64,000 bases of DNA from Polyangiales bacterium (GCA_964202905.1 CAXNJO010000006.1:128001-192000), one strand, 5' to 3'; shown: positions 1 through 10,396, counted from the stretch's first letter. Made by a program: numbers and translations. The notes: generated by a model not told the origin, from the letters alone.

Positions 1-1
1 G

Positions 2-2617
2 ATGATCGGGGCGCTCACCGCCTCGAACCCGTCGGTCACGAACTCCGACCTCATCACCGAGGATCCGGCCTCGCTCGCCGACACCATCACCACCGTGCTC
101 GGCTCCTTCGCGGGCATGCTCGGCGGCTCGATCGCGCCCTTCGATCTCCCCGCGATCATGGGCTTCAACCTCGTCGTCCCCGAGGGCGGCCTCAAGGGCG
201 TCCGCGACTCCGGCGAGGACTTCCTCGGCATCTTCGCGAACCTCGAGCTCGCGGCCCCCGCGCCGCTCACCGCGACCACCGAAACGACGCTCGACCTGCA
301 GGACCTCACGCTCAACCGCGAGGCGATGAGCGTCGGCACCTTCGGGCAGGGCGACCTCCCGTCGGTGCGCCTCAACATGAACGCGACCGGCCCCGCGGGC
401 GTCGACTACGAGTACAGCTACCGCATCGACGGCATGCAGTGGTCGCCGTGGACGCGCGACCGCTCGGTCGTCGTCGAGTCCCCGGCGCTCCTGCTGCAGG
501 CGCGCCACGAGGTCGAAGCGCGCTCGCGCGTCGTCGGCGAGCGCACGACGGTCGACACGACGCCGGCCCGCGCCGCGCTGCTGATCGACCTCCTCGCGCC
601 GGACGTCGTCGTCGAGCAGGAGGGCAACCTCGCGCGCGTCCTCGCGACGGACGTGATCACCGCGCGCAGCGCGCTCCGCTACCGCTACCGCACCGGCGGC
701 ACGGCGTGGACGGCGTGGACGAACGCCTCGACCTTCACGCTGCCCGAGGGCGACGCGACGGGCCTCGACGTCGAGGTCCAGGACGAGGCGGGCAACGTCG
801 GCGCCTCGCGTCAGGCGCTCATCCGCGGTCTGCCGAACGCGGCGGGCGGCGGCGCGTGCAACTGCCGCGTGGCGGGCGCGCCCACGGGCGGCGACTTCGC
901 GGTGTTCGCGATGGCCGTGCTCTTCCTGCTCGGCGCCGGCCGGCGGAGGTTTCTTCCAGCAGCGCGGCGCGCGCTCCGCAGCCCGCTCGCCCGCGCGGCG
1001 CTGAAGCACCTGCCGGTCGTGCTCGTGCTCTCGGCCCCGCTCGGGCTCGGCGCGATGGGCTGTGACTGCAGCGACGGCCTCGCGCCGCCGCCCGCGGCGA
1101 CCCCGTGTGAGGGCCTCTGCGCGACGACGCCGGCCGACGGCCAGTTCTGCTGCGCCGAGACCAACATGTGCCAGACCTTCGGCGCTGACGCCGACTGCGA
1201 TCCGGGCTTCACCTGCCCGCCCGCGTCGATCGAGCTCGACGGCTGCACCGTGCGCTGCGCCGCGGGCGCGTGCATGGAGAAGCCGCCGCTCACCCCTGGC
1301 CAGCTCGCGACGCACCTCGACATGGTCCTCGACGACACGGGCACGGCGACGTTGAGCGGCTATGCCGCGGGCAACCCGCCGAACCGCTTCTACGGTGACC
1401 TCGTCGTGGGTGAGTACGACGCGGCCACCTCGACGGTCGACTGGGAGATCGTCGATGGCGCGCCCCGCTCCCCGGTGGTCGCGGGCCCGAGCGGCTGGCG
1501 CGGCGGCGTGTCGGCCCCGGGCGACGACGTCGGCCGCTTCACCAGCATCGCCCGGAGCAGCAGCGGCACGCTCTACGTCAGCTACTACGACGCCGACGCC
1601 GGCGACCTCAAGCTCGCCATCCGCAGCGGCGCCTCGTGGAACACGCAGGTCGTCGACGAGACGGGCGACGCGGGTCGCTACGCCTCGCTCGTCCTCACGG
1701 ACGACGGCGTGCCGGCCGTCGCGTACATGCGCGTCGAGCCGCCGGCGACGAGCGGCCGGCCCACCTCGGGCGTGTACTTCGCGCGCGCCGCGAACGCCGC
1801 GCCCGGTGACCCGACCGAGTGGACCATCAGCGAGGTCGTGAAGGGCGAGATCGCCTGCCGTCCGCAGTTCTGCGGAGACGGCCAGACCTGCCTCGAGAAC
1901 GGCGAGTGCGTCACGCCCTCGACGGACTGCGCGGCCGCGTGCGGCGACGCCGAGGCCTGCGTTGCGGGCAGTTGCGTCGCGGCGCTCGCGGACCCGTGGG
2001 TCGAGGATCTCCCGCCTGCCATCGGCCTGCACATCTCGCTCGCGCGCACCGCGTCGGGCTTCGGCCTCGTCTACTACGACCGCAACGCGGGCAACCTCCG
2101 CGGCGTGGCCTTCTCCGGCAGCGCCTGGGGCGCGCCCTTCCTCATCGACGGCTACGCGGCCGGCAGCCCCTTCATCGGGGACAGCGGCATCGGCGCGTCG
2201 CTCGTCGTGGACGCGGCGGGCAAGTGGCACGTGTCCTACGTCGACGGCGCCGAGGAGCTGCTCAAGTACGCGCGCGTCAACGGCACCAGCGTCGAGGCGA
2301 AGGAGATCGTGGACGACGGCTCGACGGACGGCACGACGCCGCACACCGACGGGCGCCACGTCGTCGGCGACGACAGCTCGCTCGTCGTGACGGCGGGCGG
2401 CGAGGTCCGGATCGCCTACCAGGACGCCACCACGCAGCGCGTGATGTACGCGACGCGCGCGTCGGCTGGCGGCTGGACGCTCACCGTGCTCGACGCGATG
2501 GACAGCACCGGCTACTTCGTCGAGCAGGCGCTCGTCGGTGACACCTCGTACGTCGCGACCTGGTGGCGCCGCGAGCAGGGCACCAAGGCGAACGGCGTCC
2601 GCGTCCTCAACCCCTGA
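2..2617 (+). CDS. Large secreted/surface protein (5' truncated by the window) with an internal MYXO-CTERM-like segment followed by a lipoprotein-like signal and a Cys-rich/beta-propeller-like C-terminal region
   Basis: Open frame with strong GC3 bias. GGGACNCRVAG + hydrophobic helix + RRR at ~845-949; second hydrophobic stretch ending LGAMGC at ~1010-1063; repeated G-x-Y/F-x-S-(I/L) blade-like motifs; followed by an intrinsic terminator. Confidence 0.8.
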   Translation: MIGALTASNPSVTNSDLITEDPASLADTITTVLGSFAGMLGGSIAPFDLPAIMGFNLVVPEGGLKGVRDSGEDFLGIFANLELAAPAPLTATTETTLDLQDLTLNREAMSVGTFGQGDLPSVRLNMNATGPAGVDYEYSYRIDGMQWSPWTRDRSVVVESPALLLQARHEVEARSRVVGERTTVDTTPARAALLIDLLAPDVVVEQEGNLARVLATDVITARSALRYRYRTGGTAWTAWTNASTFTLPEGDATGLDVEVQDEAGNVGASRQALIRGLPNAAGGGACNCRVAGAPTGGDFAVFAMAVLFLLGAGRRRFLPAARRALRSPLARAALKHLPVVLVLSAPLGLGAMGCDCSDGLAPPPAATPCEGLCATTPADGQFCCAETNMCQTFGADADCDPGFTCPPASIELDGCTVRCAAGACMEKPPLTPGQLATHLDMVLDDTGTATLSGYAAGNPPNRFYGDLVVGEYDAATSTVDWEIVDGAPRSPVVAGPSGWRGGVSAPGDDVGRFTSIARSSSGTLYVSYYDADAGDLKLAIRSGASWNTQVVDETGDAGRYASLVLTDDGVPAVAYMRVEPPATSGRPTSGVYFARAANAAPGDPTEWTISEVVKGEIACRPQFCGDGQTCLENGECVTPSTDCAAACGDAEACVAGSCVAALADPWVEDLPPAIGLHISLARTASGFGLVYYDRNAGNLRGVAFSGSAWGAPFLIDGYAAGSPFIGDSGIGASLVVDAAGKWHVSYVDGAEELLKYARVNGTSVEAKEIVDDGSTDGTTPHTDGRHVVGDDSSLVVTAGGEVRIAYQDATTQRVMYATRASAGGWTLTVLDAMDSTGYFVEQALVGDTSYVATWWRREQGTKANGVRVLNP

Positions 2618-2669
2618 TCCGCAGCCGTGAAGGCGGCCGCGCGCCGCCTCACGATGCCCCCACAACGAG

Positions 2670-2698
2670 AAGGGGACCGGTCACCCGGTCCCCTTTTT
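2670..2698 (+). terminator. Rho-independent terminator
   Basis: Perfect 11-bp stem AAGGGGACCGG-tcac-CCGGTCCCCTT running into TTTTT, about 50 nt after the stop at 2617. Confidence 0.8.
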
Positions 2699-2844
2699 CG
2701 CGTGCGCTGCATTCTGCGGAACAGCCGCTCCTGCGTCTGCGGCATTCCGTGGCGCTGTCGCGCGCGTGGCGTTCCGTGGAAAGCCACCTCACCCGCGCGC
2801 CCCGCGCACCGGCCCGCGGAGGGCGCGGCCGAGAGGCGTCGCGC

Positions 2845-3132
2845 TCAGGCGACCGCGCGACCCACGGGGATCGCCTCCGCGCCCGTCGCATTCACGCCCG
2901 ACGTCGCGTCGCCGCGCGTGTCCTCCTCGGCGAGGAAGGCGGTGTTCGACGCGCTCACCACGCGCAGCAGCGACGCCTTGTCGGTGAGGCCCGCGTCGAG
3001 CAGCGCCCGCATGTAGCCGTCGGCGTAGCCGTGCGCGCGGGAGAGCTTCGACCGCTCCGCGCCCGCGAACCGCGCCTTCAGCACGTCCTTCAGAAGCCCT
3101 TCGAGAACCGCGATCAGCTCGTCCTTGCGCAT
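2845..3132 (-). CDS. Small hypothetical protein (95 aa)
   Basis: ATG preceded by GGAGG; protein-like helical sequence MRKDELIAVLEGLLKDVLKARF...HGYADGYMRAL. Confidence 0.75.
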   Translation of the reverse strand: MRKDELIAVLEGLLKDVLKARFAGAERSKLSRAHGYADGYMRALLDAGLTDKASLLRVVSASNTAFLAEEDTRGDATSGVNATGAEAIPVGRAVA

Positions 3133-3197
3133 GTGTCCGCCTCCAGAGCGACCACACCTGCTATGAAACGGCCTTCGCGGTCAAAAAAGCGCACCGC

Positions 3198-3281
3198 GCC
3201 GGGGTGGCGGAACGGCATACGCAGGCGATTTAAAATCGCTCCGTCGGCAACGACGTGCGGGTTCGAGTCCCGTCCCCGGCA
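3198..3281 (+). tRNA. tRNA-Leu(UAA), reads the TTA codon
   Basis: Cloverleaf: acceptor GCCGGGG/CCCCGGC, discriminator A3281, anticodon stem GGCGA/TCGCT with loop TT-TAA-AA (anticodon 3231-3233), long variable arm CGTCG-GCAA-CGACG, T arm GCGGG-TTCGAGT-CCCGT. Followed by CCG, so CCA is not encoded. Confidence 0.95.
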
Positions 3282-3311
3282 CCGCCCGCTGCGCGCACGC
3301 AGCGGCGCCCG

Positions 3312-3722
3312 TCACTCCGCGTCGACGGGCGGGTAGGCGGGCGGCATGCGCGGCCCCGGCGTCTCGGCGGCGAGCGACAAGATCCGGTTCTGCGCGTCGA
3401 CGCGCACGACGGTCGGCTCCCAGGCGCGGGCCTCCTCTTCCTCCATCTCGCCGTACGTCGCGAGGATGACGAGGTCGCCCGGATCGTTGAGGTGCGCCGC
3501 CGCGCCGTTGATGCAGATGACGCCCGAGCCGCGCGGGCCCGGGAGCGTGTAGGTGATGAGCCGCGTGCCGCGCGTCACGTTGAGGACGTGGACCTCTTCG
3601 TGCGGCAGCATCTGCGCGGCGTCCATCAGGTCCTGATCGATGGTGACGCTGCCCTCGTACGCGAGGTCGGCGTGCGTGATGACGGCTCGATGGATCTTCG
3701 AGCGAAACATACGACGGCGCAT
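3312..3722 (-). CDS. panD: Aspartate 1-decarboxylase
   Basis: [13 protein letters not shown]...YEGSVTID (G-S self-cleavage site), [25 protein letters not shown] upstream of ATG 3722. Confidence 0.97.
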   Translation of the reverse strand: MRRRMFRSKIHRAVITHADLAYEGSVTIDQDLMDAAQMLPHEEVHVLNVTRGTRLITYTLPGPRGSGVICINGAAAHLNDPGDLVILATYGEMEEEEARAWEPTVVRVDAQNRILSLAAETPGPRMPPAYPPVDAE

Positions 3723-3903
3723 GATCCGACTCCTTCGTGCCCCTCGTCGCGTCTCGTGAACGAGTACACGCGAGTGCCGGCAGAACGTACGGTCTGACGC
3801 GGTGGAGTTCAAGCGCCGCGTCGCGGGCGGCCCGCCCACGTGCCTTGACCCGATGCGCGCGTTCCCGCATGCCATGCCCACTTTTTCAAAGGACGGACAC
3901 GTG

Positions 3904-6900
3904 ATGCGCGCCTTGAAACTTCGTCGGTGCGGGCTCTGGGTGGTGGCGGCGCTGGTCGGCGTCGCGGCGGTCGGCTGCGGGGACGACGAAGGGCGGCCGC
4001 CTGCGCCCGATGCGGGCCTCGACCTCGCCGCGAGCGACGGCGGCGGTCTCGACGGCGGGCCGGTCGATGGCGGCGGCGCCGACGGGGGCGCGCCGGATGC
4101 GGGCCCCATCGTCACGACCTGCCCGGGCGCGTCGCTGCCTTCGAACCCGGATGGCCGCTGCGCGGTCACGGCGGGCTCGGCCGCGCTGCTCCTCACGGCC
4201 GACGTCCTGCGCCCCGGCGAGGTGCTGCGCGGCGGTCAGGTGCTCGTCGCCGCGGGCGGCACCATCGAGTGCGTCGGCTGTGACTGCGCGTCCTCCGCGA
4301 GCGCAGCGGGCGCGACGGCGGTGGTGTGTCCCGACGCGGTCGTCTCGCCGGGCCTCGTGAACGCGCACGACCACCTCACCTTCACGCAGAACGCGCCGTA
4401 CACGCGCACCGACGAGCGCTACGAGCAGCGCCACGACTGGCGCCGCGGGCTCCGCGGCCACCGCCGCATCCCGTCCGCGGGCATGGCCTCGCGCGCGCAG
4501 GTCACGTGGGGCGAGCTGCGCTTCGTCGTCGGCGGCGGCACGAGCACCAACGGCTCCGGCTCCGCGCCCGGCTTCCTGCGCAACCTGGACGGCAGCGCGA
4601 TGGAGGGCCTCGGCCAGCCCGCGGCGGAATACGACACCTTCCCGCTCGGCGACTCCGACGGCACGCAGCTCGCGATGGGCTGCGGCTACCCGTCGGTCAC
4701 GACGGCGGCCTCCATCGGCTCGCTCGATTCCTACACGCCGCACGTCAGCGAGGGCATCGACGCGACGGCGCGCAACGAGTTCCTCTGCATGCGCGCGGGG
4801 GCCAACGACCTCGTGCAGGCGCAGAGCGCGTTCATCCACGGCGTCGCGCTCCTGCCGCCGGACATCGCGGAGATGGCCTCGGACGGCACCGCCCTCATCT
4901 GGTCGCCGCGCTCGAACATCACGCTCTACGGCGACACCGCGCGCGTGACCGAGTTCGCGCGGCTCGGCGTCGAGATCGGTCTCGGCACCGACTGGACCCC
5001 GACGGGCTCGATGAACATGCTCCGCGAGCTGCGCTGCGCCGACGAGCTGAACACCGTCTATTACGATGGCTTCTTCAGCGACGAGCAGCTCTGGCTCATG
5101 GCGACGCTCGGCGCGGCGCGCGCGCTCGCGGTCGATGACGTCGTCGGCAGCATCGCGGTCGGCAAGGCCGCGGACCTCGCGCTCTTCGACGCGCGCGTGC
5201 ACCCCGATCACCGCGCGGTCCTCGAGGCGGAGCCCGCGGACGTCCTGCTCGTGCTGCGCGGTGGCGCCCCGCTCTACGGCGACGCGGCCACCGTCGAGGC
5301 GCTGCCGGGCGGCGGCGCGGCCTGCGATCCGCTCGACGTCTGCACGGTCGGCAAGCGCGTCTGCGCGATGCGCGAGGCCGGGCAGACCCTCGCCGCGCTC
5401 ACGGCGGCGAACGCGACGAGCTACGACCTGTTCTTCTGCGGCACGCCGGAGAACGAGCCGTCGTGTCTCCCCGAGCGCAACGGCACCGCGCCCGCCGCGT
5501 CCGTGAACGGCTCGACGCGTTACACCGGTGCGCTCGCCGACACCGACGCGGACGGCGACGCGATCGCCGACGCGATGGACAACTGCCCGCGCGTGTTCAA
5601 CCCCGTGCGACCCGTCGACGACGGCGCGCAGGCGGACTTCGACCGCGACGGCGAGGGCGACGCGTGCGACGTCTGCCCGCTCGACCCCGACACGGACGCG
5701 TGCAGCGCGCCCGATCCGGCCGACAGCGACGCGGACGGTGTCCCGAACGCGACCGACCTCTGCCCGACCGTGCCGAACCCCGATCAGGCCGACGCCGACA
5801 TGGACGGCGCGGGCGATGCGTGCGACGCGTGCCCGACCGTCGCGAACCCCGGGGGCAGCGCGTGCCCCGGCTCGATCTACGACGTGAAGTCGGGCGTCGT
5901 CGCGCCGGGCAGTGTGATCGGCGTGAGCGGCGCGATCGTCACGGGCGTCGGCGCGACGGGCTACTTCCTCCAGGTGCCGCCCGGCAGCGCGGGCTATCGC
6001 GGGGCCGACAACTCCGGCGTCTTCGTCTACACGGGCGGCCGCCCGACCGTCGCGCGCGGCGACCTCGTGAACCTCACGAGCGCCACCGTGAGCGCGTTCT
6101 TCGGGCAGATCCAGCTCACGCGCACGACGGTCGCCGTCGTCTCGTCGGGCAACGCAGCGCCATCTTCCGTGATGGTGTCGGCGTCCGAGGTCGCGACGGG
6201 CGGCGCGCGCGCCGCGGCGCTCGAGGCCGTGATCGTGCAGGTCGGCGCGGTCCCCGTCACGGACGTGGCGCCCGCGCCGGGGAGCGCCGACATGGCCCCG
6301 ACGAACGAGTTCGTCGTCGCGGCCTCGCTGCGCGTCGACGACTTCCTGCACCTCGCGTCGCCGTTCCCCGTGCTCGGCGAGGCCTACGGGTCGATCGCGG
6401 GCGTGCTCGCGTTCCGCAACGGGGACTCCAAGCTCCTGCCGCGCGACGCCGCGGATCTCGTGCCCGACGGCAGCCCCGCGCTCGTCGCGCTCGAGCCCGC
6501 GCTCTCCTTCACGCGCGTCGGCGGGGCGCCGGCGCCCACCTTCCCGACGCCGCTCACCGTGCGCCTCTCGCGCGCGGCGACGGCCGACGTGACCGTCACG
6601 CTGACGTCGTCCGATCCCGGGCTGGTCGTCGGCTCCGTCACCATCCCGGCGGGCGCGTCGAGCGGCGTGGCGCTCGTGAGCGGCGTCACCGTGTCGGCGA
6701 CGCCCTACACCGTCACCGCCACCCTCGACGGCCTCATGCGCGACGCCGCGGTGCGCGTCCTCGGCGCGACCGAGGCGCCGACGCTCACGGGGATCACGCC
6801 GACGACGGCCAGCGTCTTCGCCGGCGACACCGCGCGCTTCGCGGTGACGCTCGACGTCCCGGCGCCTTCGGGGGGCACCACCGTGCTGCTCGCGGTGAGC

Positions 6901-7617
6901 GCGGGCGGCAGCGTGCCCGCGTCGGTGACGGTGCCGGAGGGCGCGACGAGCGCGTCCCTCGACTTCACGGCGGGCGCGGGCGACGCGAGCGTCACGATCA
7001 CCGCGTCGCTCGACGCCGTCAGCGTGACGGCGACGGTCACGGTGACCACGGCGCCGCCGGCCGAGCTCGTGATCAACGAGGTCGACTACGACAACGTGAT
7101 GAGCGACGACCGCGAGTTCATCGAGCTCTACAACCCCGGCACCACCTCGCGCGACCTCACCGGGCTCGCGGTCGTGCTCATCAACGGCGCGTCGACGCCG
7201 GCGGCGACCTACCGCACGTACGCCTTGAGCGGCTCGCTCGCGGGGCGCTCCTACCTCGTGCTCGCGCCGCCGACCGTCACCGTTCCGGCGGGCACCCTCG
7301 TCGTGCCGCTCGCGGGCGCGACCAACAACGTCCAGAACGGCGGTGCGGCCCCGACCGAACCGGGCGACGCCATCGCGCTCGTCGACACCGCGACGGGCGC
7401 CGTCCTCGACGCGCTCGCCTACGAGGGCGCGATCACCGCGTCGGTCGTGGCGGGCGGGCCGAGCGTCTCGCTGGTCGCGGGGCGTCGCGCCACCGCCACC
7501 GACTCCAATACGGCCGAGGGCGCGCTCGCGCGCGTCCCGAACGGCGCGGACACGGACGACGATCAGACCGACTGGATCTTCACGAGCGCCCCGACCCCGG
7601 GCGTCGAGAACCTCTAG
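3904..7617 (+). CDS. Surface lipoprotein: amidohydrolase domain + thrombospondin type-3 Ca-binding repeats + OB-fold-like region + Ig-like repeats + lamin-tail domain
   Basis: Lipobox [38 protein letters not shown] (amidohydrolase); [15 protein letters not shown] / [13 protein letters not shown] (TSP3); [12 protein letters not shown]...[14 protein letters not shown]...EFIELYN...PTPG (lamin tail). Start uncertain (3901/3904). Confidence 0.85.
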   Translation: MRALKLRRCGLWVVAALVGVAAVGCGDDEGRPPAPDAGLDLAASDGGGLDGGPVDGGGADGGAPDAGPIVTTCPGASLPSNPDGRCAVTAGSAALLLTADVLRPGEVLRGGQVLVAAGGTIECVGCDCASSASAAGATAVVCPDAVVSPGLVNAHDHLTFTQNAPYTRTDERYEQRHDWRRGLRGHRRIPSAGMASRAQVTWGELRFVVGGGTSTNGSGSAPGFLRNLDGSAMEGLGQPAAEYDTFPLGDSDGTQLAMGCGYPSVTTAASIGSLDSYTPHVSEGIDATARNEFLCMRAGANDLVQAQSAFIHGVALLPPDIAEMASDGTALIWSPRSNITLYGDTARVTEFARLGVEIGLGTDWTPTGSMNMLRELRCADELNTVYYDGFFSDEQLWLMATLGAARALAVDDVVGSIAVGKAADLALFDARVHPDHRAVLEAEPADVLLVLRGGAPLYGDAATVEALPGGGAACDPLDVCTVGKRVCAMREAGQTLAALTAANATSYDLFFCGTPENEPSCLPERNGTAPAASVNGSTRYTGALADTDADGDAIADAMDNCPRVFNPVRPVDDGAQADFDRDGEGDACDVCPLDPDTDACSAPDPADSDADGVPNATDLCPTVPNPDQADADMDGAGDACDACPTVANPGGSACPGSIYDVKSGVVAPGSVIGVSGAIVTGVGATGYFLQVPPGSAGYRGADNSGVFVYTGGRPTVARGDLVNLTSATVSAFFGQIQLTRTTVAVVSSGNAAPSSVMVSASEVATGGARAAALEAVIVQVGAVPVTDVAPAPGSADMAPTNEFVVAASLRVDDFLHLASPFPVLGEAYGSIAGVLAFRNGDSKLLPRDAADLVPDGSPALVALEPALSFTRVGGAPAPTFPTPLTVRLSRAATADVTVTLTSSDPGLVVGSVTIPAGASSGVALVSGVTVSATPYTVTATLDGLMRDAAVRVLGATEAPTLTGITPTTASVFAGDTARFAVTLDVPAPSGGTTVLLAVSAGGSVPASVTVPEGATSASLDFTAGAGDASVTITASLDAVSVTATVTVTTAPPAELVINEVDYDNVMSDDREFIELYNPGTTSRDLTGLAVVLINGASTPAATYRTYALSGSLAGRSYLVLAPPTVTVPAGTLVVPLAGATNNVQNGGAAPTEPGDAIALVDTATGAVLDALAYEGAITASVVAGGPSVSLVAGRRATATDSNTAEGALARVPNGADTDDDQTDWIFTSAPTPGVENL

Positions 7618-7816
7618 CCCACCCCGTCGCGCGCCGACGGCCGCGCCGGACGCGCGGCGGTCGGTGGTGCGTCGGTGAGACACTCTTCCGACCGGCGCCG
7701 TTCACGCGGCGCCGTTCACGCGGCACGTCGCCGTGTCGCCATCGGCGCGGTCCCTTGGCCGCGGGGCCGTGGCCGCGATCCCCGGGCGCAAGCGCGGTCG
7801 CCGCGGCGGGGCGCCG

Positions 7817-8146
7817 TCAGCCCGGAGCGACGAACGCGAGGCCGACGATGCAGCCGTCGGGCCGGGGCTGCGACCAGACGACGCGGCCATGTTCGACGGT
7901 CTCGTCGCCCGAGCCGTGGCGAACCCGCAGCACACAGGTCTCGCCGGCCATGAGCGTCCGGTCGAGCATGAGCCGCAGTCCGCCGCCGCTCACGTTGAGC
8001 ACGAGGCCGTGGCCGCCGGCGGGGACGAGCATCTCGACGTCGGCCTCGGCGGGCCAGCGCTGTGCGGCGCGGCGCGGGTCGCGGGCGTCGTGGGCGAAGG
8101 CGCGGTCGGTCGGAGAGAGGGGGGCGGGGGTCATGGCGGACTCCAT
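7817..8146 (-). CDS. PilZ-domain (c-di-GMP-binding) protein
   Basis: RRAAQR (RxxxR) and NVSGGG (D/NxSxxG) motifs, GRVVW, GLAF. Start 8146 or 8134. Confidence 0.85.
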   Translation of the reverse strand: MESAMTPAPLSPTDRAFAHDARDPRRAAQRWPAEADVEMLVPAGGHGLVLNVSGGGLRLMLDRTLMAGETCVLRVRHGSGDETVEHGRVVWSQPRPDGCIVGLAFVAPG

Positions 8147-8487
8147 GGGGTCGGGGTGAACCTGCGCTCGCGGGTAGCAAGGGGCGGGCCAGCGCCGCGC
8201 GGTGGGCCGCATTGCGGGCGGCGTGCGCGTGGGGCGCGGGGAATGGGTGGAAATCGTTGGCTCGTGAGGCGGAGCGGCCGGAGCGAGGCGAGGACCGAGG
8301 CCCCGTACGGCCACTTCGCCGCGGTGCGTCATGCACGCCCTGCGGCGCGGGGGTGACATGGCTGTCACGGGCGCGCAACGCGCGGCCCGCCGCGGGACTG
8401 GCGGAAGCGGCGGGGTTGCGCCGACGAACGCCATGCGGGATGCGGCCCGCTCTGGTGTCGCGGGCGTCGCAGGCGTCGCGGGCGGTG

Positions 8488-9381
8488 TCAGCGATCGGGC
8501 AGCGCGGCGACGAGCGCGCGGAGTCGCTCGAGCGAGTGTGCGAGGCGGGTGCCGTACCAGAAGAGGTCCATTCCGTCGGCGAAGCGGACCGCGTCGCGGG
8601 AGGCCGCGGGGATCGGCAGCGCGCGGAACACGGCGGCGTCGGCCTCGCCGAAGTCGTGCGGCTCGCTCGGGAGGAGCACCGCCTCGGGGGCGCGGGCGAC
8701 GACCTCGTCGGGTGTCACGCGCGGGTAGCGCGTGTCGCGGCCCAGCACGCGCTCGGGCGGCAGCGCCGGCGCCGCGCCGAGATCGGCGGCGAGCGGGTAG
8801 CGCCGCGGGCGATCTGCGAAGACGTTGACGGCGCCCGCGAGCTCGAGCAGGTCGCTCGCGAAGGTGCGTCCGTCGAAGGTCATCAGCGGGTCCATCCAGA
8901 TTGGAACGAAGATGCGACGCAACGGCGCGTCACCGCGGGAAGCTGCTGCGGCGAGGGCGCGCGCGACGGCGCGGCGGGTCGCCTCGAGGGCGGGCGCGTC
9001 CGGCGTGCCGAGCAGCGTCGCGAGCGACTCGAGCCACGCGAGCGCGCCGGGCACGTCGTGCGGGAAACTCACGTGCACGCGGAGGCCGGCCTCGAGGAGG
9101 CGCTCGACCTCCTTCTTCGCGTTCTCCTCCTGGTTGACGAGCACGAGATCGGGCGCGAGCGCGACGACGCGCGCCACGTCGATGCTCTTGGTCCCGCCGC
9201 ACTCGGGCACGTGCGCGACCGCCTCGCGGGGCTCGGTGCAGTACGCGCTGCGGCCGACGAGCACGCCCGCTCCCGCGAGCGCGACGACGGACTCGGTCTC
9301 GCTCGGCACGAGGGACACCACGCGGCGTGCGGGCGCCTCGAGGCGCACGGTGTGGCCGAGCGCGTCGACGACGGCGATCAC
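8488..9381 (-). CDS. BtuF-like helical-backbone metal/cobalamin-binding protein
   Basis: RRVVSLVPSETE, GGTK, PDLVLVNQEEN, LLPSEP, DGMDLFWYG; no obvious signal peptide. Confidence 0.85.
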   Translation of the reverse strand: MIAVVDALGHTVRLEAPARRVVSLVPSETESVVALAGAGVLVGRSAYCTEPREAVAHVPECGGTKSIDVARVVALAPDLVLVNQEENAKKEVERLLEAGLRVHVSFPHDVPGALAWLESLATLLGTPDAPALEATRRAVARALAAAASRGDAPLRRIFVPIWMDPLMTFDGRTFASDLLELAGAVNVFADRPRRYPLAADLGAAPALPPERVLGRDTRYPRVTPDEVVARAPEAVLLPSEPHDFGEADAAVFRALPIPAASRDAVRFADGMDLFWYGTRLAHSLERLRALVAALPDR

Positions 9382-9542
9382 GCGCGGGGGGCGCCGACGC
9401 GCGGCGGGGTGGAGGAGGAGGGGCGGGGATTCATCGGCACGCGCGATCTTTGTTGGTGGAGGATTGTGAGGTTTGTTACCCTTCGACGCCTCCGGTGAAC
9501 GTACACCGGACCACCTGGTTCGCGCGGAGAGGGACGTCAGCG

Positions 9543-9974
9543 GTGCAGAAGAGCGAGCTCCCGGATCTCAAGAAGGCGCTGATCGCGGCGGGCGTGGAGA
9601 TCTACCGGACGCGCCCGGAAGAGGTCCAGATCGCCGAGCGCATCCGTCTGCACATCATGGACTCCGGCGTGCGCGTGGTCTTCGGCGAGGTGGCGAACGT
9701 CGTGTTCACGGCCCGCGCGCAGCGCAGCGACTTCCCCAGCGAGGGCGCGGACGAGCTCTTCGCGAAGGTGCGCGCGGCCGTCGGCGCGCTCGCGGCAGCC
9801 CGCGGCTACGCGGAAGCGACGTCGGGAACCACGGAGGTCACCGACCCCGTCGACGCCCAGAAGGTGCTCGACGTCTGGCACGAGGTGACGTTCCACAAGG
9901 CCGTCGCGGCGATCGCGGACGCGGTCGACGAAGTGCGCTGGGCGCTCGCGCTCGAGAAGTACATCACCGGCTGA
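9543..9974 (+). CDS. Hypothetical protein
   Basis: GTG start after GGAGAGGG; typical codon bias; AERIRLHIMDSGVRV...LDVWHEV. Confidence 0.75.
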   Translation: MQKSELPDLKKALIAAGVEIYRTRPEEVQIAERIRLHIMDSGVRVVFGEVANVVFTARAQRSDFPSEGADELFAKVRAAVGALAAARGYAEATSGTTEVTDPVDAQKVLDVWHEVTFHKAVAAIADAVDEVRWALALEKYITG

Positions 9975-10035
9975 GCACGCCCGGGGCGCCGCGCCGACAT
10001 CGCTGCTGGTCCAACAGGCGCCGCGCCGCAGGCCA

Positions 10036-10080
10036 TCGAGGTCGAGGTCAAAATCGAAATCAAAGTCGAGGTCGAGGTCG
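10036..10080. repeat. Degenerate hexamer tandem repeat (GTCGAG/GTCAAA/ATCGAA)
   Basis: tcgaggtcgaggtcaaaatcgaaatcaaagtcgaggtcgaggtcg between convergent genes. Confidence 0.6.
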
Positions 10081-10157
10081 CTTGGACCGGTCGTGGCTCG
10101 CACGGGGACCGAACGGGAGCGGGGAGCTCGCGTTCTTGCTGGTCAAGGACGCGTTGA

Positions 10158-10179
10158 CCCCCGGGCGCAGGCCCGGGGG
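10158..10179 (-). terminator. GC-rich hairpin just downstream of the cold-shock gene
   Basis: CCCCCGGGC-gcag-GCCCGGGGG, 9-bp stem; no U-tract. Confidence 0.4.
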
Positions 10180-10189
10180 CCGGGGACGA

Positions 10190-10396
10190 TCAGGCGCTGG
10201 CGCGGGTCACGCGCTCGGCGAGCAGGCCCTTCGGCCCCTCCTTGATCTCGAACTCGACGGGCTGCCCCTCCTCGAGGGTGCGGAAGCCGTCACCGATGAT
10301 CTGGGAGTAGTGCACGAAGACATCGGGCCCGTTGTCCTGACGGATGAACCCGAACCCCTTCGCGTCGTTGAACCATTTGACCGTGCCGAGAGCCAT
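10190..10396 (-). CDS. cspA: Cold-shock protein (CspA family)
   Basis: [15 protein letters not shown] (RNP1), DVFVHYS (RNP2), GPKG; purine-rich RBS GGAGGAAGTAGG. Paralog identity uncertain. Confidence 0.97.
   Translation of the reverse strand: MALGTVKWFNDAKGFGFIRQDNGPDVFVHYSQIIGDGFRTLEEGQPVEFEIKEGPKGLLAERVTRASA

Noticed and set aside
3198..3311. tRNA as an integration site for a prophage or island
   Set aside because: No integrase, no duplicated tRNA 3' end noticed and no composition shift; panD follows directly.
3886..7683. 1265-aa minus-strand ORF, and similar giant ORFs such as 27259-31551 (+), 38014-40812 (+), 10535-13060 (-) and 30861-33728 (-)
   Set aside because: Antisense or off-frame shadows of real genes. 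Their Arg/Ala/Gly-rich translations have no motifs, as expected when stop codons are rare at high GC.
7693..7724. 14-bp direct repeat cggcgccgttcacg x2 between convergent genes
   Set aside because: Only two copies; most likely a local duplication with no supportable function.
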